From positions 3,596,001-3,660,000 of the forward strand of contig NC_088860.1 in assembly GCF_963853765.1 (NCBI RefSeq): a stretch of 64,000 bases of DNA. Direction: 5' to 3'. The position numbers were made by a program, and so were the translations under genes. This DNA comes from Magallana gigas (Eukaryota). Below the pieces are notes generated by a model. It was not told the DNA's origin, did no database searches, and was given only the letters and a program-made list of their open reading frames with translations. Position 1 is the stretch's first letter. Each line of letters begins with the position of its first letter. Shown one piece after another: positions 48,345 to 58,917 of the stretch.

Positions 48345-51300
48345 TTACAAGTCTGCGATCTGGTTCGGAATGCTATTGACAACTTGAAGTTTCATCTTCT
48401 TAGTTGGGGGGACATTTTCTGAGTTGCTGATGAATGACTCCTCGTAGTCTTTAATATCTATACCCAACCTACTGAGGGAATTTGTCATCTGAACAATGTT
48501 TTCGAGAGGCATATCTTTAGTCGATTGCTTGATGAATGTAAAGATCAATCGCCCCCCTCCCTGTGGTTTTTCATGTTTGGTTTCTCTTAGGCCGAGAAGG
48601 CACAATGATCTCATTTCATCTTTGACCTGCTCCGCAGTATTGCGCGTGCTTTTAGTAATTGCATTGCAAGGGACAATAGGACCCGGGTATAAAAGGATTT
48701 TCTTTGAAATTTGCGGGATTTGAAGACTGGTATGTTGAAGAACACCCCCTGGTGTGTATCCGGATAGGTATTTCTTATGCTGCATAAGGTAGTTTGCAAG
48801 GCAGATTGATTTCTCTGTGCTGTGCAAGTTCACATAGCATTTGGTCTCATCATCTTCGGATTTGGTTAAAGCGTTTTTAACTTTACTTTGGAACTCCTGA
48901 GATAATGGAAGAGACAAACATTCTCCAATCAATTCTAAAAATTTTGTCGCATTAAAGGCCGCTTGCATTATCATGGCCAGGCGCTGGGTGTGTCCCTTTA
49001 ATTTCCCTAGTATTCCTGAAAGATAGTGTTTGTTTATGTAAGATAAAATATGAATTGATTATAAAAAATGTAATGGAAATCAAATTTAGTCTCAGATTAA
49101 TCAGTATTGTTTATTTGCATGATCAATAAAAGCCAGATAATGTGAAAAATATAATTATTTTTCCATTGGTTGAATTTTATAAACCAAATTATTTTTTTTA
49201 ATATTCATGTACTATAAATGTGGCAACCAAGTGGAAAGAACAAAGTTATATATATAATTTAAATTACAACGTTGTACAAAAATCAGTGTAGTATTTTATT
49301 TAAAAAAATAATATTTGTAAGAACAAGGAATAAATTTAAAATTGGTTACAAAGACAAATGTGGTAGATTCCACGCTTTTTAAAAGGACAGTTTTCATTAT
49401 AGTGGAAAACTGCGTCCTTGAAACAAAATGTGTTTAAAATGTTAACATTTTATTTATAGTAAGACTATTTGTTGAAAACAGTCATTTCATATTGTTGTAT
49501 GAATAACCATAAATAACCTCGAAATATAAGAACGCTGTGTTAAATTTTCTCAACATTCTTCAGGACCAGAATATTAGAGTGATAGTCGATTAAGTATTTA
49601 GAACTAATACTGACCGAGACTGTTTATTTATTTATTAACGCTTGCAATTGTTGTAATTTATTTCGTTTAATTGCAAGAAAATTTTATGTATATCGACATT
49701 TATGAAAGTGTCATAAAAAGTTTTGTAATTGAAGGCTTCTCAATATGTAATAACGTATAAGGGGATATTTACGTGCTGCTAATTTTTACTAATTTTTACG
49801 AGTTTTATAAATCCGTAAAAATTAAACACGTAAATTTCCACAGAAGTTAAAAAAAACTGCACTTAAAGTTTCTACATCGTATGTATGAGAGTAATGTTCA
49901 TGAGCTTCAGCTCAGTACCTGACGGCTGTACATGTAGGTATATTTGAGCGTTTTTAGTCATGTGGTGATAACAGTTCAGATCTTTCTATTCAGTCTTGAG
50001 TATTTTTTAAAACTACGTATAATGCCAGGTTAGTAGCTCTAGATGTCTTTTTTGGTTGGGAGAGAAAGATAAAGAGAGAGAGAAAAAATTTGAAATGGAG
50101 TTATCTTTCTTTTTTTCCCGGTAAATCGAACTGAGACGAGCACATGGTGTACATCAATGATGATACCCAGATAAATATGAATAAGTAAAGTGTATATCAC
50201 ATATGAAATAAAGGTAAATGTATAAACACATATACGGAATCGTTAACAGAAAAACGATTTTCTGATTTGTATGTGTGTTAACTGTAACAAAATCACGGTT
50301 GAATGTCCCCCTTTTACCACAGATGATTTTAATTTTTACAGGCATGTCTAATTCGTAAACAAATTACGCGTAAAAATTCAAATCACCCTATTTTATGACA
50401 AAAATCACGGCAGTAAAAATTACCCTTTATACGGTATTTTGCATATGTGCTTTAAGGATATTTAATCATCTTTTTCACGATAAGGTAATAATTCAGATTT
50501 TCGGCAACATCTTCTTAAAGAAATCGATTAATAATACCCATGGCTTACCTGATATATAGGTGTCAGTACTGTGGTTTTCTCGGAGGAATTCCTGTTGTTC
50601 ATTGTAAAACTTGACCGCCACTTTCTGAGCATCGTCATCGTAGATATAGACCCTTTTGGTTTTATGCATCTGGTCAATCACATAGAAAACTCTAGAAAGA
50701 AATAGAATGAAGATCAATAATATGAATAAATACTAAAAGTTGTGTTTATACATGTATGTACATGTAGTCTAAATTCTTAAATTTTCAAGAATAAATTTTA
50801 AAATAAATATTAAAATATTCATATAAAAATAATGGTATACCTTGCTAGGTTAGGTGTGTTTGGCAAAATTTCACTATTCACATCTGCATCCCTAAACTCT
50901 GGCTTTGGCATGCAAATAAGGAATCTGCTGTAAAGTCCATCATTGGAGTTTGCGTTTTTTCTTTCTTCGTCGAGACATCTGCATATTTCGCCGGGATGTG
51001 CCATACCACAGATATTCAGACCGGTTTTTGAACGGAGATGTTACCTTTAAATATAGATATTAAAGTTAATGTATAATGAAATAGGTCACATTTCAATAAA
51101 GGTAATAATTATAACACAATTATTCAAAATATATGAATAACATACTGCTACATGTCTGTCTCTTTAATGTTCCTCCATTATAGGCTGTTAAATAAATGGT
51201 GGTATCGTAATCAGAAGCAGATCCTGTTTTGTACAGCCCCAGGCTGCTCTGCCATGTCTTAAGTTCATCCCATAGCTGAATTTGTCTGCTATCGTTGTTA

Positions 51301-51375
51301 AGCTGCTTTAATAGCGATTCTACTGTAGCTGCTACAATTTAAAAAAGAAAATCTTTTTGCTTATTATTAATGATT

Positions 51376-51428
<53 letters not shown>

Positions 51429-52206
51429 TACAATTAATCTATTAAAAGTCGGTGTTTGATAAATACATATAATACTATATATTCTAATGAGTACTGGAAT
51501 GTTAAATACTGTTTAATATTGAGAACTTCTATATGTCTTTGCTACGTTAGAAAATAATTATTTTTGTTTTACACTAATCGGTCATTAATGAATGCGAAAT
51601 GCACCGTATATCAGTGCGGTATTATTGAAGTATGTGTGAAATACATCTAGAGTGTGATGGGTTTTTAAAATACATAACCGTATATATTTAGTGATTGCCT
51701 TTTTTTAAATTCTTATCCGTTGTATTACAAATTTGTACAGGTTTCTATTTTTACTATTTTCAAATGACTCCGATCAATTTTCAGGATAGACAGATTTGTA
51801 AGAAAATATATATATATAACAGTGTGGGGAAAAAAAATCTTTAAATTGGTTGTTGACACTTACATTGATTGACTCTAGACTGTAAGTCGCATATACCATT
51901 AGCACTCTCCACGTCCGATATTGCGTTACGGATGGCATCTATAGCTGCAGTTTTGTTGGTACCTGTAAATCCTACCGTAGCTGAGTAGATAATCGATGGC
52001 TGTGTCCAACTTCCCCAGGGACAGATTTCTGACTTGTTTAAAAAATGCGCGATTGCAGTCAAAAAGGGCGGAATTAAAAATTCCATTGGAACACTGTTTG
52101 ATAGAGCAGTATTTTCAAGCATTCGGTTGGTAAGATCATCGAATGGCTCCTGTATAGTTTCATTATAACAATATTCTATACGGTCCCGGTGCAGAAAGGC
52201 AGACAT
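48345..52206 (-). CDS. DUF3987/YfjI-like P-loop ATPase/helicase, 5 exons, ~515 aa, one 1-nt frameshift in exon 3
   Basis: Exons 52206-51864, 51331-51146, 51044-50841, 50691-50549, 49015-48345, all GT-AG. Walker A GFTGTNKTAA, SATVESLLKQL, Walker B QLWDE, LNICGMAHPG, arginine-finger-like NDGLYSRFLI, KLKGHTQRLAM, and a probable C-terminal winged helix. Exon phases only close if one base is added near 51021. Confidence 0.8.
51379..51423. repeat. (CT)n microsatellite in intron 1 of the ATPase gene
   Basis: Direct reading. Confidence 0.95.
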
Positions 52207-52384
52207 CGTCCAAAGTTGTTGGCGGTTTTTCTAACAATAACGTTAACGTTTGTATTGTATTGTTTACGTTACTATTGAAACGTGGTAAACGTGACGTCAA
52301 AATAATATTATTTTGCCAACGTCAGGGAAAAGTCACGTCGTTTATATATATAACGATGCCGTTAGGAAATATCTGTTATTAGTC
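52207..52384. promoter_or_regulatory. Putative compact bidirectional promoter of the transposon
   Basis: 178 bp between divergent ATGs (52206 minus, 52385 plus). Palindromic CRE TGACGTCA at 52292-52299, further ACGT cores, and TATATATAA near 52342. Confidence 0.6.
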
Positions 52385-55279
52385 ATGGATTTAAACAATT
52401 TATTAAAACCGCTTCTTAAAATCGAAGACGTCATCAAGATCATAGAGTATACCAAAATCGTACCACAAGGAGTTCCTGATAGGTATGAACATATAAGAAA
52501 TGTGTTTAATTTGAACATCAAAGAACAGTGAGTTGTCCATTGCTGACGTTGCGCGACTAGTACAAACATTGGAGACTTTACTACCACGATTTGGTGATAA
52601 TCCGGCGGATATTAATCGTGATTCAGTGGAAAAAGATTTGCAAAACTATATTTCAAAGGGGATTTCTGAAATTGGAACGGTGAATATTATTCCACCTATA
52701 ACTACATGCTGTGGATCCTTAAGGAAATCAGGACAGAAAGCGTGTATTGTTTACAGATCTAGATTTAGACCCGTGGTAAGAGTTATGTATGAATTGAAGT
52801 GTAGCAAGTGCAACACTGTATACAAATGCAGTACATATAAGAGGAAAGGATTGGAACTTTATTACAACGATGTTTTAGAGCAGGAGTATTTCATGTCAAC
52901 ATGCGACTCTGTGTTTTCCATGGAATTTATGAGGAGGATTGATATAGATATGTAAGTGTAATTAGAAATGTAAATACGGCTTGATAAAGACTGATGATGT
53001 TCTGAATCAAAATAACAGTAATTTTATATATTATTACGTTAAAAGTAGGAGCAAATATTTATTTGAATCATAATTCATACAATGTACATTTCAAACGAAG
53101 GACCCCCCCCCCCCTTTTTTTCCCCATTTCCCCGCATGAAATCTTGGTCAGGCTGTCGGCGCATTATTCACAAATGTATGATCATTATGTAGAATTAAAA
53201 AAATCTATTCCAATGAATATTCATCACATACGAATATCAAACATTGAGATCTGTGTTAACGTGATAATAAAACGAGTATATGTTAATATAATGATGGTCC
53301 AGAGTTTTTTTCCTTGTGGGTATGGTTCATGGGATAATATGAATAAGTTTGAATAAGATCCGATTCATATTTTCATTATTAAATTTAATTTTTCAAAAGG
53401 GGGGGGGGGGGTACCAGACCGCCTATCCCCAATTAAACAAACTCTAGATGCGCGCGTGAAATATAATAGAAAAATTCACAAACACAAATTTTACTCGAGA
53501 AAAATATTTTGTGGAGAAAGTTATAGCTGGTCCGATCATCAATGAGATTTTTAATATGATTTATACCGAGATTCAATATTATTTTTGTATTAACGGATAG
53601 GAAAGAAATTAAAGTATTGTTCATATTCATATTGATTAGCGAATTTGAACTAATTAAAAAGAGAAATGAACTTTCATCAATGAACTGTCAAAAATAAATT
53701 AGAAGATGGTTTTTACAATATGAGAAGGAAGATAACTGAAGTAAAATTAATGGCAGAGAGCTAATATTTGATTTAAAATGTTATAGATTCAGGAAATCGG
53801 CATCATTTGAAGGAATTGCGTATGCATACAATGACGAACACTTGGGGATAGAGTGGATGAATTCGCTGAACAATACACAGATATTGGACAGACGACGTCT
53901 AAGTGAGGCATGGTACAAAAAAACATTAATTGAAATGAAGAAAAATTATAACCTACAAACCGATATAGAATATATTCTTTCGGATAAGCTGGAAGGTATA
54001 CTGGAATGTGAAAAGGATGTCTTATGGGAGAAATTTTCAATAAAATGGTCTTCATCACTACATACTGACAACTGTAACCACGAAGGTACGAATTTTAATG
54101 ACATAATTCAAACGAGATAATATAATTAAAAAAACCATTGAATTAATGTTTTAATGACATGTATATGTATGTATTTATTAAGAGTGCTGTAAAGCAATAG
54201 TCATTGACGGGCATATGAAGGGAACACGTTCAGTTTGTGGTGCAACGGAAGTGAAAACAATTGACTCCGAAGAACTAGGTAGCATCCATTTGGGCTGTTG
54301 GAAAATGCCAATGAAGGGATCTCTTTATTGTACTGAACATAAACATGTGAAGGAAGAACATAAAAAGGTTATTACCAATACATGTATTTGCAATATTACA
54401 TTTATATATATATATAAAGTAATTAAGAAATTATATATTTTTATATATATATATATAAAGTAATTAAGAAATAATTGTGTATTTAAGAAAGTAATTAAAT
54501 ACAAGAGATTTCTATACTAACTAATAGTATCTGTATGCGTTCTGTAATTTTGTTCATTGCATTTTTTTTCTACAAATGCATAACCTGTTATGTAGTACAA
54601 ACACATTTGCAAGTATTCGCTGAGCAGGCAATTTTAAATTTAATATGATAATAAATTTGTGCTTGAAAGATAAATTTTCAACATAAAGTTAAAAACTTTT
54701 TGACAGAAACCAACTGAAGGAGCGAAGACAGAGGAAGATTCTGAATGTAACACCCTTAAAGAAAATGGTCATCTCCAAAAGTTCAAAAGTGCAGGAGTGT
54801 GTGCATCTGTATATAACTGCGGTATTATTAACGGCATGAGAGAGTTGTACGGATGTGAGTCTTTGACCCAAGTCTACATCTTTTTGATTTGGCTGGCAAA
54901 GGTGTTGGAAATTTTTCCACATTTACTTGCCTATGACGATGCTTGTCATCTAAAAAAATTCATAATGAATCCGATCAGGGCAGAGAAAAGTGAATACTCC
55001 AAATTTTTGACAACACTACGCATCGTTGTTGACAAAATGCATTTTGCAAATCATGTTGATAAATGGTGTAGAAGAAATGTCAACCCATACACTGATGATT
55101 TGTTCAAACACATTAACACGGAAGCATGTGAACAAACTTTTCAGTTTGTGGCTAAGTTTAAGTTTGCAACGAAACACATGTCCTGTGGGAAGTACAACTT
55201 GTTTATGTTGAAAATTTCAGAAATGTATAATAATGATAGGTTGGTAAGAAACAGGAAAAGAATCAAAGAAGATAAGTAA
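52385..55279 (+). CDS. KDZ (Kyakuja-like) transposase with CxC5- and CxC6-like cysteine clusters, 4 exons, ~540 aa, one frameshift near 52527
   Basis: Exons 52385-52951, 53787-54085, 54183-54367, 54707-55279, GT-AG and phase-consistent. CxC5-like PPITTCC...KCSKCNTVYKCSTY...FEGIAYAYN. CxC6-like CCKAIVIDGHMK...C...GCWKMPMKGSLYCTEH. Catalytic core AGVCASVYNCG..RELYGCES, AYDDACHL, VDKMHFANH, NTEACEQTF. Confidence 0.88.
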
Positions 55280-55519
55280 GTGAAATTAAACATTATTGGT
55301 TGTAATAATCATTATGAATTAATTGACAGATGTATTGTAGATCGATGTATTTAATTTTAAATGTAAATGATATATTTGCTTTCAAGTTGTGTAATACTCG
55401 TTAATAAAATGGAAATGGATGTATGCATTTGTAATTTGTATTTGTAAACAAAAAGCAATAACAAATTTAAAACGACAATGTTAACAATGTAAACGTGAAA
55501 GAAATATCCATAATGTAGA

Positions 55520-55960
55520 CAATGTAAATTTGATATTGGTTCAACATCGTCGACATTGCGATGTCGACAATGTTGACGATGTTAACAGAAAAAAAATATC
55601 GGCAATGTTGACGATGTAAACTCGATATCGGTTCAACATCGTCGACGTTGCGATGTCGACAATGTCGACGATGTTAACGGCAAAGAAATGTCGGCAATGT
55701 TGACGATGTAAACTCGATATCGGTTCAACATCGTCTACATTGCGATGTCGACAATGTTGACGATGTTAACAGAAAAAAAATATCGGCAATGTTGACGATG
55801 TAAACTCGATATCGGTTCAACATTGTCGACGTTGCGATGTCGACAATGTCGACGATGTTAAGGGCAAAGAAATGTCGGCAATGTTGACAATGTAAAATCG
55901 ATATCGTATCAATATTGTATACATCGCGATGTTGACGATATCGAAAAAGAAATATGCATT
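55520..55960 (-). repeat. Right subterminal minisatellite, 92-bp unit (~4.5 units, A/B alternation), inverted relative to the left array
   Basis: GATAT(C/T)GGTTCAAC recurs at 55532, 55624, 55716, 55808 (and diverged at 55900). The reverse complement shares TTTTCTGTT.ACATCGTC.ACAT.GTCGA.ATCGCAATGT.GA with the left unit. Confidence 0.93.
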
Positions 55961-55971
55961 GGACATGAATG

Positions 55972-56881
55972 TGATAAATAGGGGTTTATGGTCAGTAAAC
56001 TACGGTTTACAAATCTAAAGCACGCCAAATTCCCATGAATTAGCAAAACATAGTTTCACAGTCGATACACTAGGTTTATCGGCTTTTAACTATAGTTTAC
56101 GGATCCTAAACTATAGTTACCGACGTTAATCTATATTTCACATCTGTAAATCTGTCTGGAAATACACGTTTACAATAGATTTTGCTGATAAATATAGATT
56201 CACATCTGTAAACTATAGTTTACATTCGTAAACTAAAGTTTAGAGTTGATAAATATAGTTTCACGATTGTGAAACTATATTTATCAGATATAATTTGCAT
56301 TCGTGAACTATAGTTTGGAGTTGTTAATCATAGTTTCACAATGGTGAAACTATATTTATCAGATAAACTATGTTTAACAATCGCAAATGATTGTTTTCAA
56401 TGTTAACTATAGTTAACAGATGTGAAACATAGATTATCGCGTTAACTATAGTTTACAGACGTGAAATATAGATTAACGTCGTTAACTATAGTTTTTGATC
56501 CGCTAACTATAGTTAACAGTCGATAAACCTAGTTTATCGACTGTGAAACTACCTGTATGTTTAGCTCAATTTTGTGAATTTGTCTGATAAATGTAGTTTC
56601 ACGATTTGTGAAACTATAATTAACAACTCTTAACTATATTTTACGACTGTAAATTATATTTAACAAATGTGAATCTCTATTTATCAGCAAAATCTATTGT
56701 TAACGTTTTTTACAGATAGATAAACTATGATTATCATTCGTAAACTATAGTTTACATTCGTGAAATATAGTTTCACAGATGTAAACTATAGTTAACGAAT
56801 CGTTAACTTTAGTTTAGGATCCGTAAACTTTAGTTAACAGCTGATAAACCTAGTTTATCGACTGTGAAACTATGTGCCATA
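55972..56881. repeat. Right part of the AACTATAGTT-array element, with internally inverted sub-blocks
   Basis: Many (A/T)AACTATAGTT(T/A)AC subunits. GATAAACCTAGTTTATCGACTGTGAAACTA at ~56522 and ~56843, and the inverse orientation at ~56050. Confidence 0.8.
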
Positions 56882-58352
56882 ACTATCACTCGATCACACC
56901 GTTCATCGACTAACATTTTCCTAGTGGGTCACTCGTAATGAAGTAAAAAGTTTTTCTTTTCTCGACACGTTTGATCCGTAAATTACACTCTATTAAATCG
57001 GTGTCCCTGGTGTATTTTTGAAACGGCTAATAATTGATCCTTGATACCTGTAAATAAACTACATAATTATGTTTAACCTTGTCCAGTCAGGTCAACAATT
57101 TACCATTAAGAACTCGTGAGGTCTGTGCTCTCCTGATAGGACATAAACTGTTTCGCTTGGAAAATATTCTTTTCTTTCCTCTTTTTACCTTTGGAATATG
57201 TATACAGCAAATTTACTTCTACGTGAAGGATCTCTAGTATTAGGCTATGTCAGAAAGGGAAATGAATTATATCATGGAGATCATTGTATACGTAACATAA
57301 ATTGCAAATGCTTACAAACACGATGTAAAAACTATACATGTACGTTGGTTATGTTTGCCAAACAAGGTATGATTTTTAAGAATGTCAGCGCAAAAAATAC
57401 CCTAATGTTTATTTTTTAGATGATAATATTCTTAAACTATTACTTCAGTTCCAACTTCCGCATTCAATGTTTTGTTAGGGTTCAGCGCCTTTAACAGACA
57501 CCATCATTTTGTTTTGTTTTGGGTAGAGTGGAGTGGGGGGGGGGGGGGGGGGGGTTACATATTACATATTTTATGTGTTATTGAATCTGTTCCTTGGTGG
57601 ATTTTCACAAATGAACAGAGCACCATCTACAATATTTTGTTGATGAAATATTTACACATGTATACGAATTTAAAATTTTGTATACTTATATCTTGTTTTA
57701 ATGATATGGGAAATTACAGTGAACAATTTACTTCAAATTCAAAAACAATACAAATTAAATTGATACAATGCAAATGGAAATTATAGAATGCAATTGGAAA
57801 ATTATACAAAACAAATAAGAAATTAAATAAAAAACGAATATTTATCTAATACAAACGGAAAAGATCGAATATTGCAACGTTTGACATGCTATAATATAAA
57901 GCTCTATTTTGCTGTGTATTTCAAGTAGAATTTTGGAGGAAAGTCGCAAGTTTACGCGTACGCTAAATCGAGAGAACCGCAAAACACCATTCAAACTGTA
58001 TGTTATTGACTTTGATTTGAAATGTTCTTTAAAAGATGTAAATGCATATACTTAATGTATTTCACAGAAATCTACTGCCTAAATTTTTGCTTTCTTGTTC
58101 GTTTTTGTTGGATTTGTTGTTGTTGTTGTTGTTTAATGTTTTAAAAAACAATTGAAAACTTATTTTTATAAACTGGCTTTTGATTAATTTTTAAGATATA
58201 TATTTATGTATGCGCAAACTTTTTTAACATAGATGATTGTAATCTGTCGTCCTATTAGTATATTATTTACTTCTTGCATTCTATGTTTTGTAATGTCCAT
58301 TTTATGTAAAGCGCCTTAGAGTGATAATTTTATTTTATAGGGCGCTATAGAA

Positions 58353-58386
<34 letters not shown>

Positions 58387-58807
58387 TGTTGTTTGGGTTT
58401 GTTAGTTATTTGTTCATTCTGTGCAAAGTTAAATCCAAGAGGAAAGAGAGACATATTATGACAGGAATACAAATAGTTAATAAATAGCATGTTTCACAGT
58501 TTCACATTCTACATCTGAGTCTAGTGTCCACTGCCTAAACAAACCCTTGATTTGTAGTACGGACTTCCTGGTTAAAGATGACCAGACAATGAACCAGGGA
58601 ACAGCCTGGTAGGCGACAGTTTCAAATGTAATTACTTGTTTATGTTCTTAATGGGAAATCACGGATGAACGCACTTTGTTTTCCCTGAATTTTAAAAACA
58701 GGCCGTAAAGAATGGCTGGCCGGGTCAGAGGTCTGCGGACACCAGTCACCTTCCGTTTACACTTGTCAGATTGAACATGTCTATAGTACGATGTCCACCG
58801 AGCAGCC

Positions 58808-58865
58808 ATGGAAAAAGAAGTGATTGTTTTACTGAGCTTGGTAGCGAGGCTCTGTAGTTGGGGTG

Positions 58866-58917
<52 letters not shown>

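Larger units (their letters stand above)
46798..55971. mobile_element. KDZ-superfamily (Kyakuja-like) two-gene DNA transposon, 9,174 bp, 8-bp TSD TGATAAAT
   Basis: TGATAAAT at 46790-46797 and 55972-55979. ATGTCCAATGCA / TGCATTGGACAT each lie exactly 5 nt inside the ends. Inverted CpG-rich subterminal arrays. Encodes a KDZ transposase (+) and a DUF3987-like ATPase (-). Confidence 0.85.

Noticed and set aside
46798-55971. TET/JBP or other cargo gene, as often found beside fungal KDZ elements
   Set aside because: No HxD/2OG-Fe dioxygenase motif or third spliced ORF was found inside the element. The remaining small ORFs are antisense shadows or MITE/intron sequence.
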